From Paramecium tetraurelia (Eukaryota): a DNA stretch of 64,000 nt. Positions within the stretch are counted from its first letter, which is position 1; the number at the start of each line of letters is the position of its first letter. Location of the stretch: assembly GCA_000165425.1 (NCBI GenBank), contig CT868030.1, forward strand, positions 372,001 to 436,000. Direction: 5' to 3'. This document shows positions 1 to 13,200 of the stretch, in pieces. Under the pieces are notes generated by a model. It made no database searches. It saw only the letters and a list, made by a program, of their open reading frames with translations, and was not told where the DNA came from. The translations under genes and the position numbers were made by a program.

Positions 1-1872
1 ATGATTTCAAATCTTAACATATTTGTTTATGCTGCCTATCCTTTAGCCTTAATTTACAATGCACTGGAATCAACAGCCAGAATCTTGAGAATTTTCAACT
101 ATTCTCTTCTTGCCTTAATTCTCTTGATTGTTATATTAGGGGAAAAAATAGTGTCCACTACTTTAAATGGGTATCATAAATTTAATTTAGAATATGTGCA
201 ATATCGGCTACTGATAGTATAACTTGGGATCTCATAATCTCACTCAGCTATTTATTTGTTTTCCTTTTGTTTGCAACCATGTCCGTTCTATACGCTATAA
301 CCTTTAAAAAATTGATTCCCAAGTTCTCAACAATGCGACAAGCCAGAGGCTAATATCTCAGATATTACTAAATGTTCATAGGGTTTAGTATAACTATGAA
401 ATTACTTCTTGGAATCTTTAGTGGAATTAATTTATTGAATTGTTACATATTTCTTTCAGCTTAGTTATAAGTTTTTGGAACCTTACAAAACTTCACCCAA
501 GCATTGTGCATACTTGGTTAAACTATCATAATTTTTAAAGATCCATCATTTAATTTGCTACCCAGTCATTCTTAAACATCAGATAACAACACAGTCAATG
601 ATAATTAAGAAATCTCTTTATAACGTAACTTTGATTTATTAATGTAGAATTCAATGTTCTAGAATAATTGCATAAAGAAATGAAAAAAACTTAAGTAACT
701 TCAATGTTGGCTGGAGTTCAAATACTTAGAAGACAGAAATAAGAAGATGTAATCTAATACAGAGATCTGGTTATTACTGAAGATCAAGATGGGAGTGGCA
801 GCAATTCCAGTCAAGGAGACTTAAGTGAACTTATGGAAGCCATGTCATAACCCTTTACAATTGAAGAAATTGAAGAATGTTTAGTCACCAACTTAAATAA
901 TTAAGTATTAAAAGAGAAATTGAATATTGATCAAGAAATTGAAGTGTTCTCTATGCGATGCATACTTTATGCACCCAAGATATTCAACTATTTCATTACT
1001 ATAGATAATATAGATATTGATGATTGCTTTGATTTAATCAAGAACTCTTCTAAAATAGATCAATTTACTGGACCAGATGGAGGCAAAAGTGGTGAATTCT
1101 TCTTCTTCTCTTATAATAATCAACTGATCATCAAAACTATGAGATAAAGTGAAGTGAACACCTATAAAAAGAGACTCTACAATTTCGCTACATATCAAGT
1201 TAACAACCCTTTGTCTCTACTCAATAAAATTTATGGAATGTATACTTTTGAACGAGAAGAATAATCTAATTCAAGAGTACATTTTCTGATCATGAAAAAT
1301 ATTTCATTAGGCATTCCAAGAAGCTAAATTTTGAGAACATACGATATGAAAGGATCTGAATATGATAGAGAAGTACTAATTAAGAAACCTTCAAGTGATC
1401 TCTCATAGATGACATTAAAGGATATCGATTTCTTTAAGATTGAACAATAATTATGGATTGATGAATCAATTTACAAAAGTTTTGTTTAATTTTATTATTA
1501 GAACTAAATCAATATCTAATTAGCGACTCTATATTTTTAGAAAAGTAAAAATTGATTGATTACTCCCTTCTTGTTATGATTATCGATTGGAATTAGAAAG
1601 AAGAGGATTTGCAAAAGCATTTAGATGGCCAAAAAATGAATATTATCCCATCTATCAAAGAAAAAGGAGTACTATTTATCGTTAATTAGATATATTATCA
1701 TATTGCCATTATTGATTACTTGTAACAATGGAATGTCAATAAATCTTTAGAGAGAAAAACAAAAAAGATTATTAAAATGAATATCCAACTTGATACTTCA
1801 GCACAAGAACCGGATATTTATGGAAAACGATTCTAAGAAAAATTAATTAATAGGATAGTTCCTTTGAAATGA
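1..1872 (+). CDS. Phosphatidylinositol-phosphate kinase (PIP5K family) with N-terminal multi-pass TM region (GPCR-PIPK-like); probably 5'-partial
   Basis: With TAR=Gln: several hydrophobic helices in 1-540, then PIPK motifs GGKSGEFFFFS, LIIKTM, TYDMKGS, TLKDIDF, LIDYSLLV, YHIAIIDYLQQW; short GT..AG introns near 171, 626, 1479 and 1669; TGA at 1870-1872. Confidence 0.88.
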
Positions 1873-3066
1873 TATTTTCTAGAAAGATTTATTATATATA
1901 TATAATTCTTTATTGAAAGACTCATAAATTCAATAAGCTTTTTAACAAAGCAAGTTCGAATGAAAAGAAGCATGAATATTTGTTTTAAATTCAAACATGC
2001 TAATAAATGGAACCTATTTTTCATAACTTAATTAATTTTTTATTAAGATTAGAAAAAGTCTTATTTTTTCTTAGTAAACTTAGATTCTGCTATTTCATAA
2101 CAACGCTAGCAAACAACAATAAGTAAATTGTGTGTCAGAGGTAATTAATTATAATAAAATACTTTATTCCCTTGTCAGATAATAATGGTAATTTCAGTAA
2201 AAATGATAAATTATGATTAGTTTAAATGGGTTATTAGCCAAAACAGGTTATGATATTCTCAACTTTATAATAGAAGAAAATATATCTGTTTTTATAATTG
2301 GATTCAGAATTTTATAATTTTTTATAATTTTCACATTATTTAAATACTAAATGCTAAATTATTTATTAGAATCTTTATAAAAACTTTGTTGTGGAATGAC
2401 AGTCTTTTAAACCTTTGGGTAACTTTGAAATATGAGAAATTGAAATTTATTAATGTTTTTAAAAGTAGATGAAATATTTGAATTTCTTATTCTCTAATTT
2501 TTCAGTACTAAAGTCATATTTTATCAAAATTTGTATAGAAAACATTTTTAAAATTTGATTGTTAGACAGGTTTACAATAAATAGAGATTATCTAAATAAT
2601 TAAATTCAAGATTAAAATGACCAAGTCAGTAAGAAAATTATAGCTAAGTTAAGTACCTATACATACTTCCTATCGATAAAATTATTTCATTATCTCGAAT
2701 ATAAAATCGAATTCAACAGTAAAAAGTCAATACTTATTAACAAACTAAAGATTTATAATAATAAAAATATGTAAAATGATAATCAAAAAAGGTATATCAA
2801 TCAATTAAACTAATTCAATTAAATTATAATGAGATTAATAGTTAATAGATCATAGAGTAATGAAGAATAGATGCTTAAACTATAACTAGTATTACTTACT
2901 TTATTTGTTTTATTACACAATGACAATACTAATATCATAATACTTATTTTATTGAAAGTAACATAGGAGCATTTATTAGATTTCATTCCAAAGTTGATCA
3001 AAAAATAAATAATAAACATTAAAGTATAATATAAAATATCTATAAGTTTAACTGGAAGATTGTTAA

Positions 3067-4466
3067 TCATTCAAAAAAGTGTATTTTTTTTGTTTCAGTT
3101 GTTTCATCTGTTGATGATAACTCTCCATCAGATTCTGAAGTATCAGGATGAGTAGCAATAGAATCACCTATGGATTATTAAGTTTTGACTAACTACTTAT
3201 GGCCATCTGGAATGGATTCTTAATTAGATTCTGGAATAGTGATTAAAGATGTAATCTTAAAATTATCTTCAAATTATTATAGAGAGTGAGATTAACTTTG
3301 AGATTAACTTTTCACGCCTGCGATTATTGGTGTCTAAAATAGCCTGTTCAAATACCCAATCATATTCAATGTCTTTGTATCCTTTGAATACTGCCTTTAA
3401 ATATTCATAATTAATTGGAATTTCAATGGGATCTAATTTTGAAAATAAATTACTTAAAAATTTAATCCTATTTGCAAATTCTATTAAACATATAGGGAAG
3501 TTCTTCAAAATCATTTCTGGTAATAGAGAATTTTTTAGATTAAAATAATAATGAATTTTATCTGATTTATTTCTAAATTATTTTGATTAGCCAAAGAATT
3601 CACCTTTTGTTAATAATTGAATAACAATATAGAGAAGACTCTCGAGATCATCCTTTGGATGTAATTCTATTTTTAAAAGAAAAAAATTACATTAACCAAG
3701 ATGTTATCCTATACTGGAATATTTACAAAGTTTTAATGAATTTTATGTTATTTTTGAATTTGTTTTATATTAGTACGATTACTAAAAATTAGTGAGAAGT
3801 AGATTCTTTTAGTTATCCAAACATGTCAATAGGCTTGCCAAATTAAGATTCATATGTAAGAAGTTAGCTGAATGTATTAATTGTAATGCATCTACCTAAA
3901 ATATTTAAAATAATACTGTTTTCAAAATTATCAAGATAATGCAATCATAAGAAAAATCGTATTAAAAAAATTGAAACCAGAATTTGATACTGGGTCCAGT
4001 TTTATTGAGAACTTAATACCTATATTAATTTAAAAAAATCCCATGATCAAGTAACTTGAGAAGACAATCTTAGAAATGTGAGACTAATTTATTATTACTC
4101 ACATCATTATCAAATGAATAATTCAAATTTCTGTAGCTCCTTATAATATTAAGTACTATTATCTGGTTTGGAAAGTATAGTCATCATAAAAAAAAAAAAT
4201 AATTATTTATTTAAATTGATGGCTTTTTTAATTAAAAAATACCTTCAAAGATTGTAGAACTCTTGCCTTAATAGATAACATTCAAAAGCAGGTATTTATT
4301 ATCAATAATAACAGGGGATTCCTTACTATTTTGTTAAAAGTACAACAGTTTCTCAAAATAATGTGTTATGTAATACCTTTAAAGAATGAAATGATTTAGC
4401 ATGAACTTTCTCTGTGGACAATATTGGTTAACTGTCACTCTTAATTTTAGAATGTCTCTGTATCAT
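3067..4466 (-). CDS. Casein kinase 1-like pseudokinase (possibly disrupted)
   Basis: CK1-type motifs LNKTGPSI, YSSIGQHLG, HPKDDLESLLYIVIQL. The catalytic loop reads FLHMNLNLASLL and the DFG position reads TNFQ. Reading frame unresolved near the poly-A tract at ~4188-4199. Confidence 0.65.
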
Positions 4467-4611
4467 ATAAGTTTGAAAATATATTGTTATAATTATTAAT
4501 TTAGCACTGATATGAGATAGGAAGGAATAATTAATAATTTTTGATAATTTAATAATATAATTATAAGTAAAAATAACAATTAATACAATAAGATTATCAT
4601 AAAGATTTCCT

Positions 4612-6178
4612 TCAGACTCTTTTTAGGATAATTTTATTAAAATCGTTTGGGCAGTTATGATGTTCAAAAAATTAAAGATCCTCTTAATATTCTTCATCAT
4701 AAAGATTTAAGTTCCTTGTTTACAGATTCTTAGATTCTGCTGCAGTAGAATTTGCTGTTTTTGTTTTAGTAGAATCATTTTTACTTACTTTTTCTTATTA
4801 TATAGAAGGCTCAATTGAATTTTTTCGTGATACATTAAGTGATTTTTAATGAATCGAATTGACCAAACTGTATTTTGACAAGCCATCCAACCCTAAAGAA
4901 TCAAGATCCTCTCTAAAAAAATCTTATTCTAAACATTCCTCTAAAGTAAATCGAAATTTTGGTTGGAATCTAGTCATTTAAATTAAAAGATTCTTTAAAG
5001 ATTGTGGAACCTTCACTTTTTCACTAAAAGTAAGGATCCCAGGATTAGAGTTTCTAAAGGGATGAACTCCGAAAAATCTAAATAATATCTACAGATACAT
5101 TTCATAAATGATAATTCCTAAACTATAAACATCGCATTAGGTAGTATACATTTTTTATTTTTCCTTATATTCCTATACTTCTGGAGCTGCATAACCTAGA
5201 GTACCACAATTGTACAGGATATGCTCCTAATAATCTAAGTTTGTTGCAAACCCAAAATCAATAATGGCAATATCTGTACTTGTTGGATCCTTATCTTTAT
5301 ACATAATATTTTGTGGTTTCAAATCTCGATGCATAATCTATTAAGAGTGAACATAGTTCATTGTTTCTAGTATATCTTTGACTAATTGTTGTTTCTTTGA
5401 TAGGCTAAAATTTAATAGTTTTTCATATAAATTGCCACCTTCATAATGAGTCATTACTAATTCAATGTAATCTTATTTATTCATAATTAAAAAGATACTA
5501 TTGGATTCAAACACCTCATATAATTTTGGAATATTTGGATAATCCAGACTTCTCATAATAAAGATTTCTTCCGCAAGACTCTTGGCTTGTCTATCTCTCA
5601 TTTTATGTCCAAGTGGTGCTTTTGCTACTCTTTTTATAACAAATTTCTAATTTTGTTTATTACTACCAAGGAAGACCTGATAAATAATAAATTTTAATAC
5701 ACCTCGCATGTGACTCCCTCTCCTATTTTTTGATTGATTGTGTAAAAATTTACTATTATCTATTCTTAGATGCAATTTAGCTTCAACTCATTAACAAAGT
5801 TTTAAACCTCCTCTGTTTTATTGCCTGTAAAAATCTGCAGTTGAGATTGATCATGAGACAATGTGATTATTAATAAGTTTTCATTATTTCTAAAAGAACA
5901 ATATACATTTTTAAGAACTAGAAAGCCTCCTATTTCACCGTTCTGTAATAGTCAACTAGTAAAATATAGATCACTACCTCTCTAAAATAAAATAAGTGTT
6001 AGTTATAAATCCTATATCTTCTTGGAGTTGCTCTCTTAAATAATTATCCTTATTTAAATAAAACTACTGTTTATTGATCTTCTGACAATTTATGAAAATC
6101 ATAATTAACCAAAGACTTCAAGTTTTTGTTCCAAAAAGATTGCTTAACAGATGATACAAAATATAAAGAACTCTTCAT
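4612..6178 (-). CDS. Ser/Thr protein kinase (CAMK-like) with N-terminal PH-like region
   Basis: IGEGVTCEV, IMHRDLKPQNIM, IIDFGFA, CGTLGYAAPE, DVYSLGII motifs; short introns; TGA at 4612-4614. Confidence 0.9.
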
Positions 6179-6503
6179 TAATATTTTATAAAAAAAATCA
6201 TATTCATTTTCTTGATATCTCACCTAATAAATTAATTCCATCAAAGATATCCTTTGAATTACATCTCAATTCTACAAAATAACTTAATGACTATAATCAT
6301 TTGTGCACCAAGTATAATAATAAATTCATTACAAAAATTAAAGTGAGGAATTTTCAAACTAAATAAATTTTATAAATTTAATTCTTTTAAAACCTATTTC
6401 TAGCTTTATATTTGCAATCACCTTGAAAAATAACTATTATTTCATTATAAGCATGTATAAATAAAATAATACAAAATAAGAGCAATTTAATATAAAATAT
6501 ATA

Positions 6504-7990
6504 ATGTTGGCATAACGTCAAAATATACAACTAGTATAAGACCTATTTTTTAGATCGAAAATAAATTTTGATTAATTTAAAGTAAAAAATTTGTATTACT
6601 TTCATCATTTTATAAGCAAAAAACAAAGGTAAAGTATTTAATATTATATTTCATTTTTCAAGACAATTTTGGTAAAGTAATTATAAGGATATTCAAAAAT
6701 ATAATTACTTAATTTAAATATCAAGAAAACCTTATCTAGTTCTGAATTTCAAATAAATTCTATCAAAAATCCAGAAACCATAGGTTAAGGTGAGGAAATA
6801 GGAATTATCTGTTGATTTAAAATATATAAATGATTTATAATTTATACTAGAGATCTAATAAATCTTGTGTTAGTAATTGAACATTATACCCTCATTTTAG
6901 TCAAGTTTTTTTTCAAAAAAAGATTGTGTTTATAGTATATATTGATATAATACTAAGTTAATTTAATAATATAATATAGGAATACAAATTCTTTTTTGAA
7001 CCTTCAGATCTATATTTCATTCTGACTATTAGAGCAATTCATTTGAGTAATAATCTAATATAAATAATGATTAATAAGACCATATCACTCAAGATAAATT
7101 AATTATTAACTAAATTTTAGTAAGCCTGAAAAATGTTTACTAAAAACGAATCGAATTTGTTAAACATGCCATATGCCATAGTCTATATTCAAATGGAATA
7201 AAATGAGTTTCGAATAATTAACTAAATTTTAAAATATTATGCTATAAATAGAGTTTTAATCAGAATACTTTAATTAAACTTTTTATTTTGTTTTATTAAT
7301 TAAAAATTCTAATGGAAATCTGCGAATTATTCAAGGAAACTGTAAGATATATTGTTATTAAAGCTTTAAGAAGAGGATGATACTAAAAGATAAGCTATGA
7401 TGTTCAATGTTTGTAGAAAGCTAAGTAGAATACTTCCATTTCCTTCTGTAGTCACAATTTTATAATAAAAACCTAATATTTTAAAATATCTACTGATAGC
7501 TAGTTAATTAAATGAAAATTGCGTATTCACTTTAAATATCAATAATTATATAGGCACTAATGATGTTTTAAGCATTACAAGAGAGATACTACGATGAAAA
7601 GTTATACGTGAAACTCTATTTTGAATGTGTGATAAAATGTTTAATAAATTAGGAGAGTAATTTATAAAGTATGAACTTTGCTAGTTTATAGTTAAAGTGT
7701 GAGAAAGGATGAGACAAAATTAAGATTGTTTTTATTTGAAAACTCTAAATACTTAATCAATAAAATTTAAGAGTGTTTCTTTAATGAAGAAAGTGTCTGT
7801 TTAATGATAAATAACTTTTTTAAGAGTTATATCAAATACAATGCAGATTTTGAAATGCTTAATTAATGCTTTTTGTTTGCCTTAGAAAAGCGGAATGTGT
7901 GGAAATTGCTTAAAGAAGTAGATTAACAATTTGAGATTGATGTGGAAAATTGTAAATAATTTTAGTTATTCAAGTAGAACTAGTATTATT
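6504..7990 (+). pseudogene. Probable decayed gene, partly cysteine-rich
   Basis: Coding-like fragments with CxxC motifs (ICQTCH, GMCGNCL) lie in different frames and are interrupted by TGA; no continuous gene model found. Confidence 0.35.
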
Positions 7991-8000
7991 AGGATAAGTA

Positions 8001-10445
8001 ATGAGTTCAAAAACTCTTGATTTCTAAATATAAAATGGTCATCAACAAAATAGAAGGCTAGCATATAGTGGCTTAAATAAAGCTGAGATGCAATAATAAA
8101 TGCTTGAAGAATGGTTATTTCAACCAAGTGAAGTTCCATTTCTTGTAGCTAATCAACCAACTGTAGACTAAATGTAGAGTGATGTGTTTAAATCAAATAA
8201 ATTACTTGAAATGTTCTTGTCATTTATGTTGTTTCCAACTAAGCATCCCTAAATAATATAGAATGTATACATTTCCTATAATCATCATTAGAAATTATCT
8301 AATATCTATGTAGATCTAAAGTGTCCTGATCCTCCATCTTTTAGATAATTAAATGTAAATGTTTCCTAAGAGAGCAGGCCTATGATTTAATTTAGAGCAT
8401 TTAGAACTATGCAAGCATTAACTGATAATAGAAATAATTTTCTATTAACTAAAATTAATGCAGGTTACTATTAAAGAGCATACTCAATGATCCATGAATG
8501 CCTTAAATAAGATTTAGTGGCTATAATAATCTGTCCTGAAATCATTGTTCAATATCTCACATTCCTACTTTATCAAGAGCCTGAGATATCTACTTTTTAC
8601 TTAATATCTTATCATTTACCCTTTAGATTGATGCTATTTTTGGACATCCCTGAAATATCTCAATATTTTACCTAATTTATGAGCTTTATTTAGACTCCTT
8701 ATCATAAAATCATCCCTTAATCAACAAAATTGTTATGGAAGTATTTTGAATTAACTAATTTTTTTTCAGATTTGTTAGATACAACATTATTTGATTCGAA
8801 AGTGTTAGACAATATAATAGCCAAAAAATCAACTGAATTGTATAGGCCATCAAAGATAGAAGAACTGTTGTAATAACCTAATTTTTCACCTCTAGAAATT
8901 GAAAAATTTATCACTCAACCAGAACATAAGAAGGTTGCTGAAGAGATTGATGAAATTAACGTAGATTATGATCTTATTTTCTAATATCTCCCAAGCAAAT
9001 GTTAAAAAACTAAAAAGTTGTTTGAAAGAATGCTTCAATAAGCTACAAAAAAAACAAATACCAAATCTAGAATGACTATGACTTCTTATGGGCCTAAGTC
9101 AATCCAAACTGTGAAAAGTGGAAAAACTGAGGAAGCAGATCCATTTACATTTAGCCCAACTAGAAGAAAAACAATAATTGCTCCAAGATTAATGAAACTA
9201 TTAGATGACAATCCAAAATATTCAGTTTAAAGGTGTAGTCAAGAATTCGAAACCCAACAAATTTCATCAAATAATACATCAAGAAGCCAATTATAAGCAC
9301 TTACTAATCCTAATAATTTATTTGGTGTAATTACAGAGTCTATTTAAATTTAGGCTAAGGAATCACACCAAGACATCAAATAAAAACCAATGTATTAGAG
9401 AATTCTTGTAAAACGACCCACTCAAATGATAATGCTTTATAGTTAATAGAAATAACTGAGTATGAAGAGAATAAGTCATCAATCCTCTATTATTAATATT
9501 ACTGATTCAATCAACAAGTCAAAACTATAAAATTCAATAATTTTAAATAAATTTAATCATCTAGTAGGAACAGTTAAATAAAATGAGTCTGAAAAGGATA
9601 TAAATATCTATCCTCCAGAACTTAAAGATCAATAAATCACTGATTTCGAAAGATTAGCTTTTGATGAAGAATTTTAACAGTTATGTTTAAGAAATGAACA
9701 CTATACAAAAGGTGTTTTGTAATGCATTTATGATATATTATTAATGATATTTACACCAAGGAAATTCATTTTATCTAATAATTTGTCTAAAGAAAATCCC
9801 ATGTATTATCTTAACATAATTCTTGGAGATAATAAACAAAAGTTTATTTAGACAATTACTAAAAATTATTTATTAAAATAAAAATATGGAGAAGAATACT
9901 AATGTACATACTTAATAGCGGGTAGAATTTATAATCTTATGCTAACTAATTCTATGGAAAAAACAGTATATTTTAATTTTTAAGAGCATCTGATATTGAT
10001 TGTAAAAATACTAGTAACTTAACTTCTATCCTAATAGCTATCAGTCAGAACTATCATTCTATTAGAAAGTCTTACTTTAATCCTAGAAAAAACAAAGTAA
10101 AGTCTATTATAGTTAATTTCAATATCACTTTGGCATTTATTAGTAGAAGCTTGTTCTATTCATTATGAAAACTCAGTATTCATGAACTATTTTACAAGAA
10201 TTCTTACAATCAGTTTCATATATGGAAATCTAAGCATTTTTAAAAGAGTGTTATTGAAAATCAACTTTTTATCTTATTTCAAAGATCACCCTTGTATAAT
10301 CAAATAATTATTTTTGATATTATTTCTTATATTTAAATTGAGATAGGATGAAGTTAAATCCATTAAATAGTAAATCTCATAAATGTCATCTTGGAACCAT
10401 TTCCTGACTTACTTCAAAAGGTAGTTTATAATGTTATCTTAGTGA
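8001..10445 (+). CDS. Hypothetical protein, ~814 aa, apparently intronless
   Basis: ATG 8001 and TGA 10443-10445 are in the same frame with TAR=Gln, and the segments I translated are open; helical-looking termini flank a Ser/Lys/Gln-rich middle. Confidence 0.75.
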
Positions 10446-11121
10446 AATAAAATTGTTGGAATCTTAATAATATAAAAACACTCTAAAATACCTTAAACCA
10501 GATGATTTTCTTTATGTGGAAACTCTATTACAGAATAAAGATAGTAGAAAATATAATTTATTAATTCATTGATTATAGATAAATCACTTTTAGATATTTA
10601 TCATTTTATTGTTTTAATAGTCTATTGATAGATTTCTCTTGAAATTATATTATTAATTTTATGATTGCAATATTAATATAAAATTAAAATGAATAACTAT
10701 GTTGCATTTAAATAACCAGTATTTTGAACTTGAAATAAATCAAAAATTAAAAAATCGGAACCAGAATCACAAGAAATTCGAAAATATGTTTTAGATTGTA
10801 TCATTTTTTGTATAGTATAGTCGTCAAAACACTTCTGTGAACATCATAATTTTATCTTCAATTCAGTCTATTTTTTCAATTATGAAGCACTGTATGAAAG
10901 ATTTCTTAATATTTATTGCATTAAATTATTAATGGTAATTAATACTGAGTAATATTGCTTAACATTTATTAAATACTTTAATCCTAATGGATTTTACTCT
11001 AGTGTTAAAATCCATTTATCTTAAATTCCGAATATTGATTCATAATGACTTGATATTAACTATTAATTTATAAAATTAATTTCAATTTGTATTCATGAAT
11101 TTACTTTTGGAATTTTATTTA

Positions 11122-12700
11122 ATGACAAATTAATATAAAATATTAGAAGAACGTAAACTTGGGTCATCCTTTCGTCAGAACTTCACCTTGTAGGAGAAAA
11201 TTGATTTAATGAATAATTAGTAATTGACACTCAATCGGAGAGAAACTAAAGAAAGATCATATAATGCAATAAATAGAATTTGATTGATAGCCATTAATCT
11301 TTATAGAAATAAGTAAGCAGAAACAGAACTAAAATAAAATTTACTTAGATTGATATGAAATAATGAATAAAATAGCATGACATTATAAAGGTAGGCTGAA
11401 TCTGTTGAATTTAAAATAAAGAAACGTAAAAATGTTTCTTGAGTAGGGCAGCTTTGATGTCAAATATCAAGAAAAATAATAATCCTTATTTTGATAACAA
11501 TCTTAAAGAAATTTTTGTTTAAATTTTTCATTGTTATTTGTTTGATACTCCATTTTATTAGGAAAAATAATCAATGTAAGCTTTTACAAATATTAGATTT
11601 AAAATATATAATATTATAACATCAAACAGCAGACCTACAAGTTGGACATGTTTAATTGACTACTACCCATTCAGTTAAACATGGCTTATGGAAAATGTGA
11701 AGGGAATGACATTTTAGCGTATAGTACTCTTCGTGGATTTCAAAATTATGTAGACAAATGGTACATTAAATTTAAGATAATTGAGAGAGTGAATCCTCAT
11801 CCACCAATTAGACTTCATATTTGTTTAAAGGTGAAAATTATTCATATTCTAATTCTTGAAGATTAGCTATTTACAAGTAGATCTGATTATATAATCTTTT
11901 TGAAATAAAAGTAACTATGGTCAATATTGTCCCTATAAATATAACTAAGATTCTTGCTGTGGTCATAAATTGAAAAGACAACCCAATTATTAAAGCTGTC
12001 ATATATAATTTTAATACGTTATTCTGAAATTGAACTTTGGAATTTTTATTATCCCAAAATAATCATTACTAATAAACAAAGTTATAAGAATATAGTTAGA
12101 ATCGTTAGGTAACAGCAAAAACAATGAGATTTTTGCAATATCTATTTAATTTCATAATCAGGCCTTTACTCTATATCATATTAAAACCATAGCAATCCTT
12201 CTAAATATTCGATTTCATTTTGATGAAAAAGTTTTAAATAATATAGAGAAGGTATTAGGGAAATTACATTAATTGATATTGAGATGATGCTAATATAGAA
12301 TAAGGGGTGATTTCTCTAGGTGAAACCAAGAGAGATTACGCATAGAATGAGTTCTGCCATTTAATATATAGCTAGCACAAATATTAGGTGATAAACGAAT
12401 CGAAGCTGATTTTGCTATTAAGAATATTGGACATAGCTTCTTAAACTTTATTCTAATGCCTTTTAAAATTATATTTATCTGGCTTAATGTAAATTGTCCT
12501 ATTATTGATCTGACACCAATTCTTGATGATGATTCTCATGATTAGTTGAATTTGTTGACATTTATATTATTGTTATTAAATAAATAAGGAAAATATATAT
12601 ATTCAGGCTAAATACCAAAATAGAGAAACTTATTTGGGTATTTTAGGATCAATTTTAATATAGATATATAATAGTCGAATAAGAATCAATAAAAGGATGA
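11122..12700 (+). pseudogene. Probable decayed gene
   Basis: Begins MTNQYKILEERKLGSSFRQNF but hits TGA after ~50 codons; further coding-like fragments occur in shifting frames with in-frame TGAs. Confidence 0.4.
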
Positions 12701-13200
12701 ATGAATCATTCTTATGAATAGAAAAAGTATCTATTACTCTAAAACTTATAAGGAAATGCAAGTTTAAATAATACATTAGCTTCTATTTTTTAATTCCATT
12801 AGAATGTCGATAAATATTAAATGAAACGACAGGGTTGTTTGAAAGTCTTATTTATTTTAATTATTAACAAAGCTTAATAATCATATTTTAATTTGTATTG
12901 AAAGTTTCTTTTGTTTATTTAAATCAACAAGAGAACAGCGGATTAAGTAATATTTAATAAGAAAAATAGTTAATGTCCCCAAAACGAAAATTGATTAAAT
13001 TTAGAATATAATTATAATCTTATGGTTTTCTTATATTTTTAAGAAAATTAAAATTTAATAATAATATATTACAAATTGAATTTACAATCATAGTATTTAC
13101 AAATGATCAAATTTGATGATCATTTTTTGAACTTTTTAGATATAAATACTAGATTTGATTATGTAATCAAATTAGAAAAATAATTGATTTATTTAATCAG

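Noticed and set aside
8001..10445. SAPS/PP6 regulatory subunit-like identity for the 814-aa protein
   Set aside because: Only a vague resemblance in the C-terminal helices; needs a profile search.
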